The notes under the pieces were generated by a model that was given only the letters and a program-made list of their open reading frames with translations, was not told the origin of the DNA and did not search any database. The translations under genes were made by a program, and so were the position numbers. Positions 13,390 through 23,569 of a stretch of 64,000 nt of DNA are shown one piece after another. Source of the DNA: Podarcis muralis (Eukaryota); assembly GCF_964188315.1 (NCBI RefSeq), contig NC_135655.1:46748001-46812000 (forward strand). Direction: 5' to 3'. The stretch's first letter is position 1. Every line of letters begins with the position of its first letter.

Positions 13390-16300
13390 TTGGTGTGTGT
13401 GTGGGGGGGTGCAATGGATGTTTAGTTGGGTTTGGGAATCTGTTTTGGTATGTTTGCAATTTTGGTATGTTTGTAGTTTTTACTGTTTTGGGTTTTATTG
13501 TGTTTTGTTCTTTGTTCTTAAGGGGAGGGGTCAGGGATGCCTGGGAGTGTGTCCCAGCCAACAAAATGGCTGGGGCAGGTTCCACAGAAGGGGATGCACT
13601 GGGACAACAGATCTCAGTGATCACGGGTAGGAGGAGGAGTTACGCTAAGACCAGACCATGTCATTACTAAGGAGGCAGATTTAATCGCTGTTTGAGAACT
13701 ATCCCTGTCTCCGGGTCTGGTCTTGACCAGATGGACACTGGAATCAGCAAGGGATACCCCCATAACCTGAACATACTGCTGTGCAATGCCAGGTCAATGA
13801 TTCATAAGACCACTGCTATCCATGACTTGATTGTGGATGGAGGTCTTGACCTGGCATGTGTAACAGAGACTTTGTTGGATGAAGCAGATGGGCCTGTCTT
13901 TGCCACTGCTTGTCCACCAGGTTTCTCTTACACACAGCAACCCAGGCCTTGTGGGCGGTGGGGGGGGGGGGTTTGCAGTGATTTTTAGGAAGTCATTAGT
14001 TTGCACCAGACGTCCTGTTGGGAAGACCCAGTTCTCTGAGTGCATGTTCTGAAAGTTGGGCAATAGGGGCAGTACAGGATTCCTTTTGGTGTACCGACCT
14101 CCCTGCTGCACCAAGGATTCCCTGCCTAAGCTGCTTCAGGTCATGGCAGATGTTCTCCTGGAGACACCTAGGGGATTTTAACATCCATGCTGACACAACC
14201 TTACAAGGGGCCGCTCGGGACTTCGTGGAAAGCATGGCCTCCATGGGGCTATCCCTGAATAAGTCTGGCCCAACTCATAGCCGCAGACATGCCTTAGACC
14301 TAGTGTTCACCTCTATGGATGTTGGTGATCTGACACCAAGTAAAACCGAAACTAAAGAAGTGCCATGGTCAGATCACTTCCTGGTGCAACTGGACTTCTC
14401 TGTGACCCTTCCCCTCTGCAGGGAGGTGGGACCAATTCGGATGGTCCGCCCCCACCACTTAATGGATCCAAATGGTTTCCAGAGAGTGGTAGGGGATGCT
14501 TTATCCCATGTTGATGGCCTTTCAGCTGATTCCCTGGTGGCCCACTGGAATGTGGAGTTAACCAGGGCTATTGACTGTTTGGCTCTGAAGCGCCCTCTCC
14601 GATTGCATGGAGCCCAGACAGCCCTGTGGTTTTCCACAGATCTGGGGACAATGAAACAATCGCTGAGATGGCTAGAGCGCCGGTGGCAGATAACTCATTC
14701 TGAAGCTGACCTGACACGGGTTAGAGCTCAATGTCGAGCCTACCAAGTGGCGGTAGCGACAGCAAAGAAGACTTTCTTCACCACCTCTATTGCACCTGCA
14801 GAAAACAGCAGCAGGAGACTCTTTCAGGTGGTTCGCAATTTAGCGGAACCACCTGCTCCATCAGGGCCCAGTACAGGCCACATGATCTCCTGCAATGATT
14901 TTGCAAAGTTTTTGCAGATAAATTCGCTCAGATTCGGGAAGAGGTAGACTCCGCCGTGGGAGCAGGACTGGGGCGGGAGAGTGCTAGAGTTCTGTCTAGA
15001 CATATTGTGTGTGATCAATTCCAACCTGTTACCTCTGAGGATGTGGACAGGCTGCTTGGACGAGTGAAACCAACCACCTGTCTCCTTGATCCTTGTCCAT
15101 CCTGGCTTATAAAAGCTAGCCAGGAAGGGCTAGGTAATGGGCTTTGCGGGGTGGTGAATGCTTCTCTCTGTGAGGGAGCCTTCCCAGACCTGCTAAAAGA
15201 GGCGGTTATCAAACTGCTCCTTAACAAACCAACTTTAGATGTGGCCAAAATGGCCAACTATCACCCAGTCTCAAATCTTCCATTCTTGGGCAAGGTGATT
15301 GAGCGAGTGGTTGCTGAACAACTCCAGGCACGACAGAAGAAGCGGACCATTTGGATCCATTCCAGTCAGGATTCAGGCCTCATCATGGGACTGAAATTGC
15401 CTTGGTCGCACTGGTTGATGATCTCCGGCGGGCTAGGGACAAAGGCGAGAGTTGTTTCCTAGTTCTGCTGGATCTCTCAGTGGCTTTTGACACCATCAAC
15501 CATAACATCCTTCTGGACTGTCTAGAGGGGCTGGGAGCTGGGGGCACTGTCATACAGTGGTTCCGCTCCTTCCTCCTGGGTCGTGTTCAGAAAGTGGGGG
15601 GGGGGGATGAGTGTTCAGACCCCTGGGCTCTCACTTGTGGAGTGCCTCAGGGTTCTGTCCTCTCCCCCATGCTTTTCATCATCTACGTGCAGCCACTGGG
15701 AGAGATCATCAGGGGGTTTGGGCTGGGTTTCATCAGTATGGGGATGATACCCAGCTCTATCTCTCAAATCAGAACCAGTGAAGGTGGTGAAGGTCCTGTG
15801 TGAGTGTCTGGAGGCGGTTGGAAGATGGATGGCGGCTAACAGATTGAGGTTGAATCCTGACAAGACAGAAGTACTGTTTTGGGGGGACAGGAGGTGGGCA
15901 GGTGTGGAGGACTCCCTGGTCCTGAATGGGGTAACTGTGCCCCTGAAGGACTAGGTGCGCAGCCTGGGAGTCATTTTGGACTCACAGCTGTCCATGGAGG
16001 CACAGGTCAAATCTGTGTCCAGGGCAGCTGTTTACCAGCTCCATCTGGTACGCAGGCTGAGACGCTATCTGCCTGCGGACTGCCTCGCCAGAGTGGTGCA
16101 TGCTCTGGTTATCTCCCGCTTGGACTATTGCAATACGCTCTACGTGGGGCTACCTTTGAAGCTGACCTGGAAACTACAACTAATCCAGAATGCGGCAGCT
16201 AGACTGGTGACTGGGAGCGGCCGCCAAGATCACATAACACCGGTCTTGAAAGACCTACATTGGCTCCCAGTATGTTTCCGAGCACAATTCAAAGTGTTGG

Positions 16301-16660
16301 TGCTGACCTTTAAAGCCCTAAACGGCCTCGGTCCAGTATACCTGAAGGAGTGTTTCCACCCCCCATCGTTCTGCCCGGACACTGAGGTCCAATGCCGAGG
16401 GCCTTCTGGTGGTTCCCTCGCTGCAAAAAGCCAAGTTACAGGGAACCAGGCAGAGGGCCTTCTCGGTAGTGGCACCCGCCCTGTGGAGCGCCCTCCCACC
16501 AGATGTCAAAGAGAAAACTACCAGACTTTTAGAGGACATCTGAAGGCAGCCCTGTTTAGGGAGGCTTTTAATGTTTAATAGACTATTGTATTTTAATATT
16601 TTGTTGGAAGCCACCCAGAGTGGCTGGGGAAACCTAGCCAGATGGGCGGGGTATAAATAA

Positions 16661-16709
<49 letters not shown>
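13390..16709 (+). mobile_element. Near full-length L2 LINE with disrupted endonuclease-RT ORF
   Basis: APE start NILLCNARS...LDLACVTET (13692-13988); GDFNIH and WSDHFLV (14018-14947); RT DPFQSGFR...LLDLSVAFDTINH...GVPQGSVLSP (15351-15803); C-terminal SRLDYCN (15955-16578); (ATT)n tail; several stops and frameshifts. Confidence 0.92.
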
Positions 16710-16903
16710 GCTTTAAAATAAACAGAAGGGGATCATCTGCAAATAAAAACAATTTATATTCGACTGAATTGTGAATTGCTCCATGAATCTCACAATGTTG
16801 TCTGATAGCGCAAGCCAGGGGTTTTAAACATGTTGGTACAGAACGGGGTGGGGGGTGTCCCCCTAAACACTGAAATTAATAAATGCTAGGATGTGGGGTT
16901 ATT

Positions 16904-17326
16904 TGTGATATGAGGGGAGAATATAAGCTGCAAAGGAATTCCTGGGTAGCCTGGCCAAACTAGGTCCCTTAAGAAAGCCATTGTGAGTTGTTAAAAAGAG
17001 AATGGCACTTCTAGCCCCAAGCGTGATCGGAGACTGTAGATTTGGAAGGTTGCCAGGGTAACTGCTCTGGGGAAGGGCAAAGGGTTTCTGGGAAGAAGAA
17101 GGGGGGAGATCCATTTTGGGAAGGGAGAAGGAAGGACTGCCTGCAATGCTTTGGGTCATGCTGTAAGATCTGGACTCCCTCCATGCAAACTGAGGGTGTA
17201 AATAGGTGAATAGACCCTATTTCTTAAAGCACAACAGCCTCCACCATGTCTTCTATTCTCCAAAGGGACACAGACCCTGTGTGGGCAACTGAGATCCCAT
17301 GCGCTCTTGCCATGGCTTTTGTCACA
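16904..17326. mobile_element. Possible solo LTR
   Basis: Bounded by TGTGA...TCACA, ~420 bp, non-coding; no clean TSD seen. Confidence 0.3.
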
Positions 17327-17454
17327 ATATATTAAAGAGTAAAGGTGAAAGTGGACATCCTTTTCTGTTTCCTCAGGCCAGTGGAAAGAGAGCAGACATA
17401 ATCTTGTTCACTTTAACTCTATATGCAGGTGAAACATATAATACTTTAATCCAG

Positions 17455-17560
17455 CATGAATAGCTCAATTGGTTAAAGCGTGGTGCTGATAACGCCAAGG
17501 CTGCAAGTTCGATCCCCATATGGGACAGCTGCATATTCCTGGGGTTGAGCTAGATCACAC
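17455..17560 (+). mobile_element. tRNA-Ile-derived SINE
   Basis: tagctcaattggttaaagcgtggtgctgataacgccaaggctgcaagttcgatcccc resembles tRNA-Ile but has degenerate stems and a non-tRNA tail; truncated relative at ~27395-27440. Confidence 0.65.
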
Positions 17561-18823
17561 ATGTCCAACTGTGATCTACTATCCAGTATCAAAAACTGGA
17601 AATGATCTACCACACTCTCCCATTGTCATTCTTCAACTTAAACATGTTATATTTGACTGGGGAAACCCAGCCAGATGGGCGGGGTATAAATAATAAATTA
17701 TGATGGTGATAATAATAATAACAAATTATTACCCCCACACCAGGCCCCTCCCAGGGCCCTTGGTGCATGTGGGAAGCCAACACGCCCCAAAATGTTCAAC
17801 TTCCCCTTTTCCAGACGAAGAGCTCCATGGGAAGAGGGGGTGGTGGCTTACATTCATGTAAACACAGCTAGGCTGGAGCTAGAAAGGTGGGGAAAGTTCA
17901 GCACCCACGCAGAACTAGGATGGAGAGTGGAGGGGCGTGGGACCTGGCATTTTCTTTCCACAGGAACCAGTAGGAGGGGTGTCATTGTCTCTCTTGTGCG
18001 CCGCACTTCCCTTGGCTCACTCTGCAGCACTGCAGCCCTTGCGGAGCATGTGTGCCTCATTGTCGACCCCACCTCCTTGCCCCGGGACTGTGGCTTGCAG
18101 GGGGGCAGAGGCAGGCACCTCACATGTTTCTGGGGCCGGCTAGCTGACTGGGCGTCGGAAAAGCCGGCAGCCAGAGCAGGGCGCTTGAGGCGGCCGCAAG
18201 GAGGCGGAGGCAGCACCTGCGCCAGCCAGAGCTCTTGCTGCGGTGGTGGTGAGCAAGCCTAGCTAAGTACAGGGCAGCTGCTGGGAGAGGGCGGTGGGCA
18301 GAGGTGACGAGGCCTTGGTCATGCTCGACCATAATCCATCCCGCGATTGACACATTGGACATATCTGGGCTACATGATCCTAAGGGTCCCTACCAATTCT
18401 ATGATTTTGTAAAATCCAGTGGAAATCCAATGTTTCTGAATACCAGTTGATAGGAATCAGAAAAAGGGAAAGCACCTAAGTCTTAACAGTAGGCTTCCCA
18501 GTTTGGCCACTTTGGGAAGAAGATGCTGAACTAGATTGGCCTTTCACCTGACATAGCAGGGCTTTTTAAGTTCTGATGCTCTGTAATTACGCTTTCATGC
18601 ATTCCCACCCTCCATCTTCCTTCTCCATTCTGTTCCATCAATCAACTAAGCTCCACCCACATTCTAAAGGTAAATCTACGGAGTGTTGCTATGGTCAGAA
18701 TCATCCTCCTGCTCTAGTTAGCATGCAGCTTTATTTCCACCACCATTCCAGACCAAAAGGGATTGTCATGAATCACAGGCATTAGTACAGCGCTCTAGTG
18801 AATTCTTTCACCTCTCAGGGAAA

Positions 18824-20941
18824 ATGACTAACCGCCACACATGGCAACTGGTGCTGATCTCATGGAATGTTTTGTGTGAGACTACAGGTCAGAAACCACC
18901 ACAAGGCTTTATGTATGCCTCTTACGAGGTGACCATCCCAAGAAAACTAGTCCCTAGGTATGGACAAGAACATCATGATGTCACCTACCTACTGCAGATT
19001 GAGGGGAAAGGCCATGTAGTGCATCTCAAGCAGAACAGGGGCTTTGTCCCTAAACACCTCCCTGTCTTCACTTACAGTAAGGAGGGAGACCTTCAGGTGG
19101 ACTATCCTTTCATCAGAGATGACTGCTTCTACCGTGGCTTTGTACAAGACAAGCCTTCCTCATGGGTCACCCTCAGCACTTGTTCAGGGGGCCTCAGGGG
19201 TCTGCTGCATTTAGAAAATGACACCTATGAAATTCAGCCTGTGCAGAGATCTACTTCTCAACATGTGATGTATAGGTTGGAAGAAATAGAGGGTGCTGCA
19301 CGTATGACATGTGGGTTAACAGAAGAAGAGCAAAGGCATCAGGAGACCATGATCCAAAAAACAGAGAATATAGTGGCTAGGGGTGCTCCAGAAGGAGGTT
19401 GGTGGACACACACCCGTTACGCAGAGGTTGCAATTGTTGTGGATTACGAAAGATATGTGAGAATTGATAGAAATGAAACTGTTGCTGCTATGCGAGTTCT
19501 AGATGTCATTCATGTTGCTAATTCATTATATGAGCCACTTGGTGTCGTCGTGACTCTTGTTGGATTGGAGATTTGGTCAGAAAAGAACCTCATTGTGATT
19601 GATAACAACATTAACACCCTGCTTTCCAATTTCAATGACTGGAGAACAAACACCCTAAATAAACATCTAGAGAATGATGCTGCTCATTTATTTGTATATA
19701 AGGGCTTTGGACGTACGCGAGGATTATCATATTTAGGAACCATCTGTTGGACTGATCGGGCATGTGGTGTTGAATCATATGTTGGTTATAGTTTGTCTGA
19801 TTTTTCTAATACATTTACTCATGAATTAGGACATAATCTTGGCATGCAGCATGATTCAAAATACTGTACTTGTGAACGACATGCCTGCATTATGGCTGCA
19901 GCTCAGGCAAACACTGATAAGTTTAGCAACTGCAGTTATCAGAATTATTTTGAGCTAAGGAACACTCCATGTTTGTTAATCCCACCAGAGCCTGATAAAA
20001 TGTATAAACTCAAACACTGTGGTAACAAAGTAGTGGAAGATGGAGAGCAATGTGACTGTGGTTCACCAGATCAATGCAAGTTGGATCCATGTTGCCAGTC
20101 TAATTGCATGCTGCGCCCAGGTGCCACTTGTGCTTTTGGACGGTGTTGTGCTGAGTGTCAGTATCTTCCAGCTCATTATGTCTGCAGACAAGAGGTTAGC
20201 AGTTGTGATCTTCCTGAGTACTGCAATGGGACTTCAGAGTGGTGTCCTAAAGATGTTTATGTACAAGATGGCACCCCGTGTAGTGATGGTGTATACTGCT
20301 ATCATGGAAATTGCACAACTCACAGTGAGCAGTGCAAAATGATCTTTGGCAAGAAAGCAACAGCTGCTTCAAAGGCTTGCTTCAATGAACTGAATGGTCG
20401 AGGGGATCGCTTTGGCAACTGTGGCCTTAGAGATGGAACCTATAAGAAATGCAGTGCTAAGAATATCCTATGTGGAAAAATCCAGTGTGAAAATGTTTAT
20501 AAACTACCTTCTTTGGAGGAACACAGCACCCTAGTTAATACACCCGTTGGCAATAGGAAATGCTGGAGTACAGATTACCATGCTGGAATGGAGATACCTG
20601 ATATTGGAGAAGTGAGAGATGGGACTCCTTGTGGCACTGACATGATATGCATTAATAGGCAGTGCAAGAGTGTATCCCTCTTGAACTATGATTGTAATTT
20701 CACAAAGTGCCACTATAGGGGTATATGCAATACTCATAAACATTGTCATTGTGATTATGGCTGGGCCCCTCCATACTGCCTCTCTAGAGGCTTTGGTGGC
20801 AGCATTGATAGCGGGCCTCCACCACAAGGTAACATTCTGGATCGTAGCAATCTCAGTGCAGGATTAACAGAAGTAATTGGATTTGTTGTTCTGCTACTAT
20901 TGTTGTTGTTGGTCTGGATATTTATTTCAGGAACGGACTGA
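18824..20941 (+). CDS. ADAM20/21-like copy B (705 aa)
   Basis: Open ORF with signal peptide, MTCGLT, HELGHNLGMQHD, CIM Met-turn, disintegrin, Cys-rich, EGF, and hydrophobic C-terminus VIGFVVLLLLLLLVWIFISGTD with almost no tail. Confidence 0.92.
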   Translation: MTNRHTWQLVLISWNVLCETTGQKPPQGFMYASYEVTIPRKLVPRYGQEHHDVTYLLQIEGKGHVVHLKQNRGFVPKHLPVFTYSKEGDLQVDYPFIRDDCFYRGFVQDKPSSWVTLSTCSGGLRGLLHLENDTYEIQPVQRSTSQHVMYRLEEIEGAARMTCGLTEEEQRHQETMIQKTENIVARGAPEGGWWTHTRYAEVAIVVDYERYVRIDRNETVAAMRVLDVIHVANSLYEPLGVVVTLVGLEIWSEKNLIVIDNNINTLLSNFNDWRTNTLNKHLENDAAHLFVYKGFGRTRGLSYLGTICWTDRACGVESYVGYSLSDFSNTFTHELGHNLGMQHDSKYCTCERHACIMAAAQANTDKFSNCSYQNYFELRNTPCLLIPPEPDKMYKLKHCGNKVVEDGEQCDCGSPDQCKLDPCCQSNCMLRPGATCAFGRCCAECQYLPAHYVCRQEVSSCDLPEYCNGTSEWCPKDVYVQDGTPCSDGVYCYHGNCTTHSEQCKMIFGKKATAASKACFNELNGRGDRFGNCGLRDGTYKKCSAKNILCGKIQCENVYKLPSLEEHSTLVNTPVGNRKCWSTDYHAGMEIPDIGEVRDGTPCGTDMICINRQCKSVSLLNYDCNFTKCHYRGICNTHKHCHCDYGWAPPYCLSRGFGGSIDSGPPPQGNILDRSNLSAGLTEVIGFVVLLLLLLLVWIFISGTD

Positions 20942-22611
20942 GACTGAAGTTCTTACATTTAAGTAGAAGAGTTTGTCAAGCACAAAAAAGAAGAAATTCT
21001 GAAATGGATCACAGAAATGAACAATTGGCAGTGTGCCAGATACAGAACAAACAATAGATTGTACTATGTAGATATACATTCAATTTGCTAAGTTTTTGAT
21101 TATTTTAAAAAATCTTTTCATTAAATTTTCCTCCTAGGCACTCTAGGTTGTGAAAATCTTGGTTTTCTCAACAGGGGAGAATTACGTTATATGTTGAGCC
21201 TCACTACATCCTCTGTCTTCCAGAAAGTATTCCCTCTACCCAGGGCTTTTTTCCCCATCTGCAACTCACCAAAACTTAGTTCTAGCACCTGTCAGGTGGG
21301 TGCCATTGCCATTCTTAGAGAATGAGAGAGACATTCATAGTGAGTTCTGGCACCTCTTTTTCTAGAAAAAATAGCACTGCCTCTACCTCATGGATTTAGA
21401 AGCTGTGATAGTCTAAGTATTGTTGGATAACAACCCCTATTAGCCCGTCAGCACTGACAATGTTCAGGGATGATGGGAACCATTTCCAACAACATCTAGA
21501 GGGCCACAGGTTTTTTAATTGGGTGTATGTGTGTTAAACACTGAGCAGAATTCTAGTTCCCCAATAAGAACCCATTCTTAAGGAAGTGTGTGGATTTTTA
21601 AAGCACCCAGGGGGTCCCACCACTGAAGGAGGAAAACCTTTAAATATTTTAATCATGCTATGTCCATATTTACCAAGGCAACTGAGTGACTTTCTCTGGA
21701 AATCATCCGCCTGCCTGCCAGCTGTTTCCCCTAGTTGCCTGTATGAGCAGGAAGGAGGATGGGAGCCAGTCAGCAAGTATGTGTCTCCTGTGGCTGAGTT
21801 CCATCCCTTTCCACCAATAGTAGGCCCACCATTTCACTGCATTCCAGATCTTCTTTCCCTTCCAGGCCAATTAGAAGGGGATGAGGAGGGTGGGGATGGA
21901 GCAGCCTGCAGGGGGAACAGGCCAAGGAAAAGGAAGCAGTGTTATCAACTTACCTTGTCTTCCTTCTCCTCTCTGGTCCAAAGATTGGAGTGGGTGGCCA
22001 AGCTGCTCTCCTACCCATCCAACATTTCTCAGACAAAAGTATGGATGCTTCTGTGAAACCGTAGGAAATTGAGCCCATAAGTGCAGGAGGCAGGATTAAC
22101 ACAACGACCTCCTGCTTTTTCGCCTGAAAAACATTTGAAGTCTAAACTTTGCACATGGACAGTGGGAATTTATCAATTCTACAACTTCTGCTACTTGTTT
22201 TGAAAGGAATGTTAAGCTCTTGTGAGCTTCAACTATCTGTCTCTTCATTGTAAATTCAAACAAGCACATTTCTTTGCTTCTGGTGAAGTTCCCTAGAACA
22301 AAAATTAAACCATTAAGAATAAGTCTATGAAATCAGCTTTCTGTAACCAGAACTTACCTCCTCACAAAACACACACTTCTCCTCCCTAGCAGTTTTTAAA
22401 GCACAATAGCCAGCCACCTATAGGCTGCTACTTTGTTTTATAATGACTCAGGTTAAATTATTGCAAGTTCATGTTACCTCCAAAGGTGTTCAGACACATT
22501 TTGGAGTGATTTTACCGTCTTGAATTTGCTTTTCAGCTTCCTTTTTACCAGCCTCCTCTGTGGTGGACCCTACACCTTTCCCCCTACTTGAGGCGTATTT
22601 TACTGCCAGTA

Positions 22612-22815
22612 CAGTGGTACCTTGAGTTAAGAACTTAATTTGTTCCGGAGGTCCGTTCTTAACCTGAAACTGTTCTTAACCTGAGGTACCACTTTAGCTA
22701 ATGGGGCCTCCCGTTGCCGGTGTGCAGCCACTGCATGATTTCTGTTCTCATCCTGAAGCAAAGTTCTTAACCCAAGGTACTATTTCTGGGTTAGCGGAGT
22801 CTGTAACCTGAAGCA
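22612..22815. mobile_element. CAGTGGTACC-family MITE, one end missing
   Basis: Left TIR and internal sequence match 9607-9849; ends at ctgtaacctgaagc without the right TIR. Confidence 0.85.
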
Positions 22816-23149
22816 TAATTTGCTCCCACAAGGTACAATGATGGCCATCAACTCATGTGACTTTAAAACAGAGTTAGACAAAATCTATGAAGGATAAGGC
22901 ATCAAAGGCTACTTGCCAAAATGGCTGGCATGCCTTAATTATTAGAGGCAGTATGTGACTCAATAGCACTTCCTATCACAAGTGGGGTAAACATACAGTT
23001 CCTGATTGTGGGCTTCCTAGTGGCATCTGCTTGGCCACTGAAGAAACAATATGTTGCATCAGATGGACCTTTGGCCTTATCCAGCAGGGTTTTTATTATG
23101 TTCTGTAAGTGCCTGTTCAGCTAAACCTCTCTTCCATCCATTTTCTCTA

Positions 23150-23391
23150 CAGTGGTACCTCAGGTTACATACGCTTCAGGTTACATATGCTTCAGGTTAC
23201 AGACTTCGCTAACCCAGAAATAGTGCTTCAGGTTAAGAACTTTGCTTCAGGATGAGAACAGAAATTGTGCTCCGGCGGCGCAGCAGCAGCAGGAGGCCCC
23301 GTTAGCTAAAGTGGTGCTTCTGGTTAAGAACAGTTTCAGGTTAAGTACGGACCTCTGGAACGAATTAAGTACTTAACCTGAGGTACCACTG
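23150..23391. mobile_element. CAGTGGTACC-family MITE (opposite orientation) abutting the ADAM-C upstream block
   Basis: TIRs with TA flanks; about 20 bp upstream of the conserved block at ~23412. Confidence 0.9.
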
Positions 23392-23569
23392 TACTAAGTT
23401 CTGTGCTCAACCAAGCTCTGTCCAAATTCCAAAGGTGAATATACTGACTGTTGCTACGGACATAATTCTCTTGCTTCCCAACTTGCTTGAGGTTCAAAAG
23501 AAGCTTCCCTGTGTTGAATGACATGCAAGAGTGGAGTGCTCTAGTGAATTTATTCACCCGTCAGGCAAA

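Noticed and set aside
17455-17540. Possible tRNA-Ile gene (and tRNA-Lys-like sequences at 2195 and 48060)
   Set aside because: Acceptor and T stems are degenerate and continue into SINE body and tail sequence; treated as SINE heads.
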